From Neodothiora populina (Eukaryota): 64,000 nucleotides of DNA. The DNA is taken from positions 248,001 through 312,000 of the forward strand of contig NW_027191415.1 of NCBI RefSeq assembly GCF_041146345.1, written 5' to 3'. Position numbers and translations under genes: made by a program. Positions 1 through 13,307 of the stretch are shown in pieces; position 1 is the first letter of the stretch; the number at the start of each line of letters is the position of its first letter. The notes under the pieces were generated by a model. The model made no database searches. It was not told the DNA's origin and was given only the letters and a program-made list of their open reading frames with translations.

Positions 1-822
1 GTTAGATCGCGCCACGCCTAGATTCACATTCCATCAATGGCTAGAATAAGGTATGTGGTGCGTACTTTTTATTTTTTTATTTTATTTCATTTTAAATATG
101 GTGTGCAGGTACTCCGTATAGTCGACATCGTTGTATATTATTGTTTCAAGAAAGTGTACCATAGTTTCGAAGTAACACTTGGTGGGAACCGGCATTTCGG
201 CTATGGCTGCAAACAAGATCGGGTAATTTGATGGATCAGAGCAACGGATCTTCGCTCAATTCATAGAACCTGATGGATTGGCCTAGAAGTCCACGATGTT
301 CGCGAAGGTATATAGTAGCTACAGTGTATTATACCGTACCTTACGCAAAGGATAGCGAACCTAGTAGGAGACACGAAGCCCCTACGAAAAGTCGAAGTCC
401 TTTACGTACATTAGTACGGCCTCCGTACTTCTCTGGAATCTGGCACAGCGTACTTGAGTCGTGCGCCAAGTCAAGCGTCGAGTACATCCGCATTTTGCGG
501 TCTTTTCAGCAATTGGGTTTCCGAACTGCCAGGGCATTCCCGGATTGACTGATTGCTGAAAAGACTACAACACGGCAAGCGATAAAGCGCAAGTTCGAGG
601 CCCGTGAATTACCTATAATTGAGCTTAGCGCCCTCCCCCACCCCGCAGACTTCGGCTAGATGATAAGAACGCGCCGGTCCAATCCTTTAGCCTCATGACC
701 TATACATCGCCCACAATGCCGACATGGTAGAATATGGAATACATGACAGAGAACTTGAGTAGGGCTTAGGTAGTCAGGCCTGACTTTCTCTAGATTCCTG
801 TTCATCTGCCTAATAATCACCT

Positions 823-2256
823 TCATGTAGTGTGCTTTAAAATCCACTCGTCCTCTGCTAGTTCGCGGGCGCAGCTGCGTTTTTCCGGCTCCCATTGTAG
901 CAGCTTCCGCATAAAACGTAGGAAAGACTCCCTGTCCTTTTCAGTCTCTTCTGCTTGTAGAGATGTTTCCCGTTGATCAAGTGTTCTTGTGCAAGGTATA
1001 GGAATCCCAGCGGAGAAGTCGCCTTTGAGAAGCACATCGTTAGCGTCACAAAAGAAAAATTGCGGCCGCCAGTTGGACTCAAGTCTCGGCTCACCTTTTT
1101 CAGAGAAGAACTTGCTCCTCAGATTTGCTCGAGCAAGTAGAGCTGGTGGAGGAGGCCCGAGGAGTGCGATTATCTCGGAGAGGTGGGCCCTTCCCCGATA
1201 TGCGTCGTGCTCCGGATCACGACCAGTAAACAAGTGCTCGCCTTCAAAGGTGTCCCAGACCTAAGAAATAGTGAGATTCAGCCCGGACCTATGCGTTCAC
1301 CTTAACAACACTCACCATACACCCCACATTCCAGATGTCCACGCTGTATGCCCATGGGATATCAAGAATGACTTCTGGAGACCGATAGATATCAGGTTGA
1401 ATGTCCTCACGATGCTCCAGCCCATCGTCAAGTGGCACAGCCGATCCGAAGTCACACAGCAGAGGCGCACCGAAGGTTCTCGGCATGCCCATTTCGCGGG
1501 AGAGTTAGATGACACCGCCATCGACCTCTTTCTTGGGGTTAGGTTCTTCTAACTCCTGGTGCTCGAACTGTGTCAATACGGATGAATCTGCCGGAAGCAA
1601 AATGTTGGCTTCCTTGATATCGGTATGAACTATGTGGCACTCCCGGTGTAGGAGGTCTAACGCAAGAAATAGGCGCTTGAGCAGGAAGGCCATAACTGGT
1701 TGTGGCAATCTCCGAACAGGATTACGGTTCTTGATATTGAGTGCGCTCTCCCAAAGGGGGGTATGTACCAGACATCGATGTCTCGCACTAGGCGTGTCAA
1801 CCTCGAACGAGTCGAGCAGGGAGCGGACGGCACTACGGCCCGGATGGTGCTCGGGTGAGTTTTCGATGCGTCTGTAAACATCAAGCTCGGTATCTAGCTC
1901 ACTTCCTAAGGCATCTGATTGTATATAAAGCTTGAGAGCAACATGCTGGCATTCGCTGATACAGATGAGTCCCAAGTCGTCATAAAAAATGAGGGGAGAA
2001 CTTGCTCGAGATCTCGTGCCAGCCACACAGTCGAGGTGGCTCCAAACCCTAATTTACCAACAACTTGGTATCGATTCTGGAAGATTTGTCCAATCCTAAC
2101 AGGATAGTACCGCGTTGCAACGTATCCTGGGATGGTTTCCTCCTCGATCTTCTCGTCGGCAGCTATGGAGACGAACCCCTCCCTTGGGAATACCAAAGGC
2201 TTCCAAGCAAGACGGTGGACTGACTTCCATGCGCGGTGAAGGAGCGAAGAAGCCAT
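823..2256 (-). pseudogene. SRPK/CMGC-like Ser/Thr protein kinase with one in-frame TAA; exons 2256-2006, 1955-1316, 1260-1095, 1022-823
   Basis: Kinase motifs in order: [79 protein letters not shown]. Intron 1 (2005-1956) is GC-AG. In-frame TAA at 1507-1505 (GGVI*LSREMGMP). Confidence 0.85.
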
Positions 2257-5200
2257 GATGCATACATTCGCGACGCATCGCCTATTGCCACAAGATGAGG
2301 TATCTTTGAGGTCGGATTGTTGCGAAAGCAAGATCAATAAATGCAGTAGGATTTAGGCTCGTCAAGCAGGAGCGGGTTACTGAAAGTTACCTTACCTAGA
2401 TATGACCCCAAGCCACGTGGTACTGTACTTGATTAGCGTGCCAAGGACGCGCCCGCAAAGGACCTACAGTAGGTATCCTTGCCTTTAATACTTTTACCTG
2501 CCTGCCTACCTTAGGTATGAGATCACAATATGGAGTAGCTCCGTACCGTACATCTACACGACTTCACCATGTATACAAATACGTACAAACAAGTACGCTA
2601 GTCTCCGTGATCCGTGCGCTGCGCTGGATCATCCTACTGCACCATTTGAGCTACGGGAATGATCGCAGAGAGACACATGGAGGAGAACAAGCACTAAACC
2701 ACATTCACATTTGAAGATGCAGATAGACGTATATACAGATAGACTGCAAGTGGAGGGAAGGGGACAGCTGATAGTAACTCTGGTAGCACGAAATAGAGCA
2801 TGCTGATCCGGTCGGCAGGGCGTCGGCTGTCCCGCTGATTTGGAAGCGGCCATAACCGAGTAGGATATTACCAACCAACCTACCAATCGACCAAACCGAG
2901 TCGCCACGCGAGATGCCACCTTATTCTTTCCTCTCTGCTGTTGTGGAGTATCCCCGTTTGTTCCCTTTCTTGAAGGTGCCTTGGCCATTGGCGTAAACAT
3001 GGTGTGTGAGTGCTGGCGACCCGTCCTTCGGCTTGATTCGGACGCTGATAATATCTTTTCATCCTTGGGATTGAAACTCGACTTGTGCACGGGGCTTTCG
3101 TTGCCTCTGGTCCTAAAACAGCGACGCTTATCAAATCGTGGAAGAGTTTCACGAGAAGGAAGCGCACTCACTTGATTGTGGCCGACTCAATTTCGCCAAC
3201 TTTCTACCAGTCACATGTTAGTTTGTTCTTCCTCGAGATACATGTTTAGACTGCAAACCTTTATGGCCCCGTTTGCCAGATATGTCTCAAGACCATTTTT
3301 GAATACCGGTGGGAGCAAATTTAAGGCATGTCCGAAGATCTTTGGTGGCATGATGTGTTCAGGACAGTGCGAATGCGCTTGAAAGTTGGTCGAGAGATAT
3401 AGTATCTTTGAACAACTCTAGGTCTGCCTTAAGGGAGTGCTATAAGTCGACGAGGGATCGTGAACGGATGAAAACAAGATTTCCAACTGACTGTGTATAA
3501 GTCGTCTGTGATTTTTACCTTCAAGGGAGACTGTAGTTGCTTTTATAGACTACGGCGTAGTTCGTAGTCCAGGTGGAAGTGGTAAAGATGGTATGCATAG
3601 GACTATAGCATACGCCACCAAACACTCAACTGCGCGTGTTCAAGCTATCATTTTTTGTCGTGCAGCTATGGTAGCCAACAGATAGCCGCCCGATGTGTAT
3701 GCGCAACCTTTGGCAACTCGTCGCTAACGTATCCCAGGGCGAGACGAGGCACCATCACCAAATTTCATCACGTTGCTAAGAAAGACTCGGCATGTGATTG
3801 GTCTGCTCCTGGGATACGTTATTGTCTACAAAGTCTGACTCCGCGGCAAGGGTGTCGCTGCTTCAGCGCTTACCTAGCTACTAGAAGATCTAAGTCTGTG
3901 TTGGTATCCCGGACGAGCGTGGCTTAGGACAAACACAAATTGCGAGAGGTACAGGTTGTTTCGCCGACCCAGGTGGCTCACTCCACTCGTGAGACCCTGA
4001 AATTGCCCCAAATCGAGTGGTTTATATGCCGATTATCTCTCAGGAGTCATGGGTCTTAAGAGATGATAAACTGCATTCTATCGTTTTGATCTTGATTATT
4101 GATCTTGATTGGTAGACCTACGAGCTCCGTTCTCAAAGAGCGCGCCTGCATAGGTGCGCCGATATACCTGTCACATCGGACGACCTGAGGGAGTGGCTTC
4201 AATAGCGACGCCTTACTGGCCATTATCCCATAGTGAACTCTTATCTCCACTGCCGAATGACTGTCAAAATAGTGCAGGATCGGCTAACGTCAATATCTAC
4301 ACAAGCGTCCCAGTGGCGAAGGGCTGGCCAACGTCAACTATTGCATAAGCGAACAAGTAATGCATGGATAACCAGCACCAACTTTTTGAGCCATCGAATG
4401 TTGGATATGGGCTGATACTCCAGGACATCCTATCTCCCGCATGTGAAAGTACATGCCTAATGGAGATCAAACGCTATTATATTTATCTCCTTCACGCCTT
4501 CGCATGATCCACGACAAAATCCCTGCTTGTAAAATCCTTACCATGAAAGGCGAAGGAAGCTCAGTAGCACAAATTTGTGCGAGCATATATACCGTTACTC
4601 AAACCTTATCAGCAGTATAACCGCAAGATAACTTCAAGACACTGATGACTGCAGTAAAGCGAAAAGGGAGAAAACGAAACGCGAGAAGGAGAGAAGTAAC
4701 GCAAAGAACAGAGAGGTTGAGAAGAAGACGTGAGCTTTCTCTGACAGAACGCGAGAATATCCTATGCTATGTACTTTGCTAAATGCGAGTATGTGCACTA
4801 TTAAAACCTGCTACTAGATATAACCAACATTATAACACCCAATCTGTTCTTCTCCCTTGGTACGCTAATAGTATTGAGCGCTTTTTTATGTCTACAATCT
4901 AAGTCTAAGTAACTTACTTGAGGTAATAAGGGTATAAGTAGATGGAGACGTAAGAGGCACAGACAACAGGGGTTGTTTAGTATACAGATAAATAGCTAAA
5001 GGGATCGCATGCTACATGCATAATTTTCGCCTTATATAATGATATACATGTGTGTGTGTTAAGCCTTGATTAAGAAGTGTACAAGCTTAGTATACTTCTT
5101 CATGGACGGCTATGCTAATGATTACAATAATATGTGGTGTGTACCTCAATAATCAAGATAGACAGAGGCAGCTTCTGGAAGAGTCCTTGGCGCGTTTGTC

Positions 5201-5391
5201 AGCCAAGACATCAAACTTCCACTGCGGCGAGCGCGTCTGGGCTCCACTTGAGTGTATACCATTAACACTGACATTGACTATCCCATCCCAGCACTCCGCT
5301 CTACGAACGAATCCATCGCCATCTCGAGTAGCAATAATAGAACAGACACCCACTTTGCACACACGAAACATACTCATCGCCTACCCTCAAC

Positions 5392-6088
5392 ATGGCCAAC
5401 TACCTCGCCTCCATCTTCGGAACGGAGCAAGACAAGGTCAACTGCTCCTTCTACTACAAAATCGGAGCCTGTCGTCACGGCGATCGCTGCAGCAGAAAAC
5501 ACGTCAAGCCCTCGTATTCGCAGACCATTCTCCTGCCCAACCTTTATCAAAACCCTGCATATGACCCCAAGAGCAAGATGAACCCGGCGCAGCTGCAGAA
5601 CCACTTCGACGCCTTCTACGAGGACTTCTGGTGCGAGATGTGCAAGTACGGAGAGATAGAGGAGGTCGTCGTTTGCGACAACAACAACGATCGTAAGTCT
5701 CCCCTGTGATGATTATATATATATGTAAATTCAGGCGGCTGACAGTCTCGCCACGACAGATCTCATAGGCAACGTCTATGCCCGCTTCAAGTACGAAGAC
5801 AGCGCACAAGCAGCCTGCGACGCCCTGAACAGTCGCTGGTACGCCGGTCGTCCCATCTACTGCGAGCTCTCGCCCGTCACGGATTTCCGCGAAGCCTGTT
5901 GTCGTCTGAACTCCGGCGAGGGCTGCGTGCGCGGAGGCTTCTGCAACTTCATTCATCGCAAGCAGCCGTCAGACGAACTAGACCGCGAGCTTGAGCTCAG
6001 CACCAAGAAATGGTTGAGGATGAGGGGCAGAGACGAGAGGAGTGCTTCCAGATCGGCCACCCCTGAGCCCAGCAAAAGACGTGGATGA
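5392..6088 (+). CDS. U2AF1: Splicing factor U2AF small subunit (U2AF35/U2AF23); exons 5392-5692, 5760-6088
   Basis: [37 protein letters not shown] (CCCH finger 1), RRM-like region with [11 protein letters not shown] across a GT-AG intron at 5693-5759, second finger [17 protein letters not shown]. Confidence 0.97.
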
Positions 6089-6752
6089 AGTCGCTGTGAT
6101 TCTGCGCGTATCAAATAACGCCGAAGAGACGAACGACGTTTCGCCGCACCAGCAACATAAACATATTGCTTTCGTCATTGTGTAGATGACCGCGCGAACT
6201 AGGAGACTTCTGTCGCATTCCGCCAGAAATATACAAGAGAAGCCTGATGCTGCGGGCGTTCGAGCTCCATCTTCTGAGCGTGAGCAATTGTCATCTTAAC
6301 TTGGTTATTCGTATTTAAAGTCACGAGACAGCAAGGACGGATGGAAAAGTGCATGGAGAAATAGGCGCATCAGGCGTTTCAGGGCCAAGGCTTATACCCT
6401 TGATGATGTTTCGATATTGGAATGATGGAAATCGACGTGGGAGGAGAGTGCCTTCCCAAACAGGCCTCCGTTAGGTAGAGGACGAGTTTATTGACAAGGC
6501 TGACGAGGGCTGTGTTCCGCCACCATGACTTGATTGTAAGCATCTCTTCGTTTGTCAAGGTCTCTCCTATACTTTCAATCGATCCGACAAGTTCATCTTC
6601 ACTTAGGTGTTTCCTTTCCACATCGTTCTGGGCCACTTTGACCACACAGAGCGACCCAGAAATGGAAGTCCAAGAGCTTCTCGTTCCCCTTGGCACCTGT
6701 CTGTCCTCTCTCATCATGATCCAATAACAGGAAACCAGCGCCCGTCTACGAA

Positions 6753-8054
6753 TCATCCACTCATCTCCAGAACCACTCGTCCCTGAATCAATCCCTTGTC
6801 CATGTCCTGGAAGATGCTTGTCAACTCTTCCATCTTAGCGGTCCTGTAATGTGTCTTGATAATGCCCCTGGAAGCCAAATCGAGTGTCTCGATCGCTTCA
6901 CGACGATTGCCTACGGCCGACCCCACAATCTTTTGCTCCATGGCAATCATAAGCTGAGGGTACGCGCCCGCTATGGCCTGGAAGTCGCCTTCTGGAATGC
7001 CGACGCAGACGCAGGTGCCGCCGAACCTGATCAGGGACATTGCGCTAAGGGACGGTCAGTTGGTGCATTTGAGAAGGCCCAATATGCCAACATACCTCGC
7101 GTAAGCACCATTGGCTCCGGTCAGCACAAGCACGGCTTGTGCACCTAGTCCACCTGTCAATGCTTTGACATCAGCAGCTAGGTCCTTGCTGGACGAGTGG
7201 TCGATGAAGTGTTCGGCTCCTGTCGTGAGGACTATATCCTTCTTGCTGCCGTGATCGATACCAATGACGCGCATGCCCATGCCTCTGGACGCTGTCTGGC
7301 ACGCGAGGTGACCAAGGCCTGGAACGGGATGTTGATCAGTACAAGGAAGTCACCGACTAAAAAAGGACATGATGCTTACCGCCACCTGCACCGAGGATGA
7401 CAATCGTGTCTCCACTTTGAGCTCCACTCTTCCTCAGAGCCGAGTATACTGTCACACCTGCACAAAGCCTAGGTTTTGATTGTCAGCATCGCCTCGGAGA
7501 ACTTGTCAAGTGAGGTAGCTTGCATTGGCGCCGCATCTGCCGAGTCCAGCTCATCCGGGATTGGAGTCACATATCTTGCCGGACTTGTGACGTATTGCTG
7601 GAAGGTGCCAGGGTGGTAGTAACCCGAGATCTTCTGGTTGAAACACACGCCGTCGTGTCCACTCAGGCAAGCTGGGCAGTTGTCGCAGGTAGATGCGATC
7701 CATTTGATGCCCACACGCTGTCCGATCTTGACGTTGGCGTTCTCGGTGCCGGGGCCCATCTTTACAATCGTTCCCACGCCTTCGTGTCCACCTACTTGAC
7801 CCGCCTGCGTCGGATGCGGGAGCATTTTCCAACTACAAGGAAGAACATGTCAGGAACAGTCGGTCGCGTTTCAGGAGACTCCATCCATACTTGGATTTCA
7901 TGACGCCAACGTCAGAATGACACACACCCGAGTGGGTCAGATTGATAAGGACATCGCCAGCTCCTGGCTCAGGCGTATCCAATTCGACGATCTTTGTGGA
8001 GATCTCGCCAGGCTTGTCATAGATACAGGCCTTGTACTTTGCAGGGATAGACAT
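6753..8054 (-). CDS. Zinc-dependent alcohol dehydrogenase (ADH1/propanol-preferring type); introns 7890-7833, 7523-7469 (GC-AG), 7379-7319, 7095-7045
   Basis: [15 protein letters not shown], structural-Zn cysteines [27 protein letters not shown] restored by splicing, GAGGGLGHL, C-terminal IQGRVVL. Confidence 0.93.
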
Positions 8055-8256
8055 CTTGCGGGATAGTGCTTGATATGAATTGGAGAGGATTTCTGAGAGT
8101 TTCGAGAGTTACAGACTCATGTTCAGGAAGTCAAGAGAGACGACTGTCTGATAGATAAACATGATAGCACTCGACGAAACATCTATCCTCGCACCGAGGC
8201 TAATGGCAGCTGACGGCAGCACCAAGACTGCTCACACAACTCAAGGTTGCAGCACT

Positions 8257-8273
8257 GCGGGGAGCACGCGGGG
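8257..8273. promoter_or_regulatory. Tandem putative CreA/Mig1 carbon-catabolite-repression sites upstream of the ADH
   Basis: GCGGGG at 8257-8262 and 8268-8273 match the SYGGRG consensus, about 200 bp upstream of the ADH ATG at 8054. The motif is short, so a chance match is possible. Confidence 0.35.
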
Positions 8274-9295
8274 TAGTATGGCTTGGAGCATGGTTATGGT
8301 TTGGGCGTGACGGATTAGTCCCACACCGTGGACCAGACTGCGCCTTCATAGCCAATGTTCTTCTAGATCATTATCACCCGTCGCATCAGGTCGCCCTAAT
8401 CTTCTCCGGAGCTTACGTGTGTGCGGCGACGCTGTCAAGCCTCGCTCTATCATCTTCGGACTGACGAGGATGAGAAGACACAACACAGGAATGTCCCGAC
8501 ACATCATACTTGACCTATTACTACAGCCCACTGGCAAGATAGGAGTGAGGGCAACAACACCATGTATTTCGATCTTACATTGTCAATGGGTCGGAGTAAG
8601 ATCACGTAGACAGACCGATACACAAAGATGGCTTTGCATCTCAAGCGGAGGAGGAACACATGTCACTGCCGGCTGTATACCTTATACGCTCGACTCGAGG
8701 AATGGTCCTGTTTCGACTGCGCTTGTAACTTGCACTAATTACCTTAACCATAACCCCGCTGAGAGCCCCGCCCGCACGGCAGACTTACTCGACGATGCCT
8801 TGGCAATGGTCAAAGCGCGCATCTTCTATTTCTTCGCGTTCGCCCTCTCACTCTCTTTGAATCTCCATGAAAGTTTACACCCACGGAAATTTGACGCTGG
8901 ACTACCATTCTATGAGTCCCGCGATGAAATAAGCTGGGGAGAACATACCTCTTCGTTCTATAAAAGAAGACCCACGAGTTTCCGGACATTGAGTCTGGTT
9001 TTCCGTAAGAGCGATACATCACCACCACCATACTGTGGTTCCTTAAATACTTGCCATCTTCTGAGAACAGCTCCTGGCTTTCTCGATGGATTGACTCGCT
9101 GGCGAAGCCAAAAGGTTATGGCTTCCGCCAGACTCGTAGCTGCTCCACTGTCGCCGACTTGGAGTGTGTTTCGGGACCTATAGGGTCCGATCTTTTTATT
9201 CACAGACTCTTCAGAGAAGCCTAATTACATACGCCTTGTTTATATATCCTATTGACAATTTCTTAATTGCGCTCGTGGCTATCCTATAGCTGAGC

Positions 9296-10051
9296 ATGGA
9301 CTCCTCCATCTCGTCACTCCTGTCCTCGGACATTGAAATCGCGAAGCGACCTTTTCGTTTCTTTGACTTGCCTACTGAGCTTCGATTGAAAATCTACCAG
9401 TACGCCCTGGTCCAGTCAAGGACTATTGATTTGGATCCGCTGAATTATCGCTTGATCAAGCCGCGCTTGTCATGTTTCCTGGTTTGCCGCCGTATGCACC
9501 ATGAGGCTTATCATATCTTCTACGGCTCACCTCCGCAGCCGCTGCGACTGTATCCTATTCACGGCCGCTTTTTCCACACCAAGAAACCGCTACTTGCGCG
9601 AATTGGGCCGACGTATCGAAGAGCTGTTCATACTTTGGAGCTCAGGCTTGGCCCAGGATGGTCTAAGCCACCTAGATGTTGGCATACTCGTGAAGAGCAT
9701 GGTCTTCAAGACTGCGAGTCTTTGAGGGTACTGAAGATTTTCATCGAATGCGATCCGAGCAACGACTTTTTCGACGGCTTTCGGGGTCACGGCAATGATA
9801 AAGATGCCTATATGATTTTTTGTGTTGGGCTTCTACAGGGTATATTTGAACAAGTCCCGAGTCTCGAGACTGTCGAACTTGATGCATGGGAGGCAGTTTC
9901 GAAGGATGCACCTTTGGTGAAAGGCCTCATCAGCGCAATCCTTCGGGCTCACCGGAGAATAGCATGGGGTCCCATACGTGGTTGGACGGGAGCTGTTGAA
10001 TCTAGTGAATCCATCGGACTTGAAACCGCAATGGCGACACTGCATTCATGA
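9296..10051 (+). CDS. Fungal hypothetical protein with N-terminal F-box-like motif
   Basis: 251-aa ORF. PFRFFDLPTELRLKIYQYAL and FLVCRRMHHEA are typical of ascomycete F-box-like proteins. Confidence 0.75.
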   Translation: MDSSISSLLSSDIEIAKRPFRFFDLPTELRLKIYQYALVQSRTIDLDPLNYRLIKPRLSCFLVCRRMHHEAYHIFYGSPPQPLRLYPIHGRFFHTKKPLLARIGPTYRRAVHTLELRLGPGWSKPPRCWHTREEHGLQDCESLRVLKIFIECDPSNDFFDGFRGHGNDKDAYMIFCVGLLQGIFEQVPSLETVELDAWEAVSKDAPLVKGLISAILRAHRRIAWGPIRGWTGAVESSESIGLETAMATLHS

Positions 10052-10955
10052 CATTGCTTCTAAAGCACTACCGATAGAAAAAAGCTCGAAATCTGGAACC
10101 ACCTGCGGCAGTCCAAAAATCTATACTGTTCTACGCCTAGTTCGTATCGTTCCACGCTGTGTTAAGTATGCGCCGTCATGCAAGCAAGCAGTCAGCCTGT
10201 ATAGGAATCAAATCAAGTATTGGTTAGCATAACAAAACAACGATATACATCACCGCAATTCAGTGCTAATTGAGTCTGACCAACGATGATGCATCAATTG
10301 CTGCAGGAAATGATGCTTCCAGAACTGTTCTGTCTCTGATTGCCTTGCAAAATGCAACATATCTCGGCTACACACGCCGCGGATTGCTGTGCTTCCATGA
10401 CGGTTGATCTGTCTTTGTTGAACGATGGCTTCAACTTTAAACACTCTGTCCGGACTTAAGATGCGTAACGCCCTGTGATATCGGCACAGGTCTCCAATAC
10501 TGAGTTGTTCTTCCCCCCACGAACGTCATGATTATTGAAGGAGTCTTTGCTGGAAAAGTATTCAGATCGTGTTTCATTCCCGGAGCGGGAGCATCTTATC
10601 GCGTACGCGCTTGTCGCATCCCTTGCGTTGGGCTGCCCATGAACCTGTCGGTCGGATCAACCATAACGCTGCTAGGCTCGCCCGTCTATCTCAGCTCTAG
10701 CGACATGAGGGCGATATATGCTTTTGTGAGCCAAGACAATCACCGCTCCCTTGTCTGTCACCGGAGTTAAGCGCTGCGACAGCTATCAGAGAAGATGCCA
10801 TTGACGTATTGCTAAAGGTAAATTTGTCATTTTGCTGGGGCAAGATGTTGTGGAAATGAAATATAAGACACTGGAAAAGTCCACCACGTTATCGCCCCTA
10901 AGTATAAACCTATTGTCACACTACACCTGCAACAACTATTACTACACCATTCATC

Positions 10956-12196
10956 ATGTCTACCACCGATTACAAGTTCGAGGGATGGTTGGGCAAGGAC
11001 AAGAAGTCTGTCGAGGGCAACATGGAGTGGGGCAGTATGTGACACTTGTACATTTCTGTATGACATAACATACTAACTGTGTCTGCAGCATTCGAGCCCA
11101 AGACCTGGGACGAAGATGATGTCGATATCAAGATTTCTCACTGCGGTGTTTGCGGTTCAGACCTCCACACCTTGAGCTCTGGCTGGTTCCCAACCCCATA
11201 CCGTACGTATAAGTGGCCACTGGTGCTAGTGTTTCTTCAGCTGTGCTAACTACGAACAGCCTGCTGTGTCGGCCACGAGATCATTGGCAAGGCTGTCAAG
11301 GTCGGCAACAACGTTAAGCACATCAAGGTCGGCGACCGCGTTGGCGTTGGTGCTCAGGCCGACTCTTGCGGAGAGTGCGAAGAGTGCAAGGCCGGCAACG
11401 AGCCTCACTGCGCCAAGACCATCAACACTTATGGCTCCGTCTACAAGTCACCCAAGTCTGGAAAGTCCATGGGAGGCTATGCGACATACAACCGTACCCC
11501 TAGCCACTTTGTGGTCAAGATTCCAGATGGCCTCGAGTCTGCTGATGCTGCTCCCATGCTCTGTGGTGGCGTCACCGTGTACTCACCGCTTATCCAGAAC
11601 GGCTGCGGTCCTGGCAAGAAGGTAAGTTTAATATCTATTTGGATATGCCGATGCAATGCTGATCAGCCGTCCAGGTCGGTGTTGTTGGTGTCGGTGGTCT
11701 CGGCCACTTTGCTGTTCTCTTCGCAAAGGCTCTCGGTGCCGACGAGGTCGTTGGTATCTCTCGCAAGGCTGAGAAGAGAGAGGAGGTCATGAAGATTGGC
11801 GCCGATCGTTACATCGCCACCGACGATGATGAGGACTGGGCGAAGAACAACATGCGCAGCCTCGACCTCATCGTCTGCACAGTTTCCAGCGCCAAGATGC
11901 CTCTGCAGGACTATCTCACCCTTCTCAAGGTCAAGGGTACTTTCATCCAAGTCGGCCTGCCTGACAGCGGCGAACTACCCAACATCAACGCTTTCGTCCT
12001 TATCGCCAACGGCATCAAGGTCGGTGGTAGCGCCATCGGTGCTCCATGGGAGATTGAGAAGATGTTGCAGCTCGCAGCCGACAAGAAGATCAAGCCTTGG
12101 ATCCAGGAGAGGCCCATGAAGGAAGCCAACCAGGTCATCCAGGACTTGGAGGCCGGCAAGGCTCGTTACAGATATGTTCTCGTCAACGAGAACTAA
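10956..12196 (+). CDS. NADP-dependent zinc alcohol dehydrogenase (ADH6/ADH7, cinnamyl-ADH family); introns 11035-11088, 11203-11259, 11622-11674
   Basis: CGVCGSDLH, GHEIIG, CGECEEC, AAPMLCGGVTVYSPL, GVGGLGH, SRK (NADP-type), ARYRYVL. All three introns are GT-AG with branch sites. Confidence 0.95.
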
Positions 12197-13307
12197 ATCT
12201 GTTGTTCATTAAACCGATGGACTGGATCACGACTAGAAATTTTGGACTAAATTTTGGATAAAAGCATGACGGCAATGAGAACTAATATCATACACATAGA
12301 TCTTGGATAGAATAATAAATCAGCAAGATCCGAGCTCCCATTGCTCTCGAAACGCGTGCGATTATGTCGCAATTTATGTGAATCCGTATGCACATCGATC
12401 TAGTAGTAGTCAATCCGCAGATGTGTGCAATGACTAGTATGAGTACACGACGCAAAACACTGGCCTTGCGCGTCCGCTCTAGGCATCACAACAATGCGTG
12501 CCAGGTGCGACGAGTCGTTTTTTCGTACATGGATAATTGTGGGTTCTCCCGCTCTGTTCTAACAACCACTTCGATTAGAGGCTCCATAACAATCTCCCAT
12601 CGCACAAACTGTAACGCGCGATTGGCGGACACGCGACATCAAGGGATTCGGGTGCACGGTCTGATAGTCGAGATCAGACCGAAAGTGGCAAGTGCGCTTC
12701 GCTTAGGGACTGATCCATGCAAGTCGCCCCAGCTCGCGTCTTCAGGGATCCAGACATCCTCCTTCGCCTGTCACAATTGAAGCGAATATGGTAGGTAATA
12801 TTTTCGAGGCTTGCATACGCATCCCTAACCGTGTTCATTTTCGTAAGTCTCAAGAAGATTTGCCCGACGATAGGCGATCGATCATCCCGTGACTGCATTG
12901 TATTTCTCCATGGAGCAGATGAGTATGAGCAAGTGGTTGAACTACGCCTCACCTCCTCCGGCGCGCGCGTTGTCACCACTGTTGGAAACCGTTTTCCACT
13001 GTCGATTAACTACTACTTGGATAGTCTCCTTTAATTTTCCGTGTAACTATGCTCATTCATCAAAACTCAATTGTCGTTGTCTATTGACCTATGAATATTC
13101 GAGAAAACAAACGCACCATCGAGTTGTTTTACTGCATTCTTTACTTGAGGTCCAACTAAAGCAAAGGTCCAGTAAACCACCACTGTTTCACCACCATCAC
13201 GCTCTCTCGTAACACGGCTTTTACGCGGCGCATGCACGCTGCGTACATTCCACGAACACTGCCAGTTTTCCGTTCTCTTTTCATAATCTCTTGTTCTTTA
13301 GCCCGCT

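Noticed and set aside
2400..4500. Short ORFs and a stop-interrupted frame (YGPVCQICLK..*) suggesting a gene relic
   Set aside because: No recognisable family motif or splice-consistent model. It cannot be supported without a homology search.
5706..5745. Box C-like GTGATGA and box D-like CTGA in the U2AF1 intron (similar motifs in Dicer intron 47797-47746)
   Set aside because: The span is only about 40 nt, the CTGA is the branch site, and no proper terminal stem forms. Too small for a snoRNA.
8419..9183. 254-aa ORF upstream of the F-box-like gene
   Set aside because: Non-ATG start, no domain features, and it lies in a divergent promoter region.
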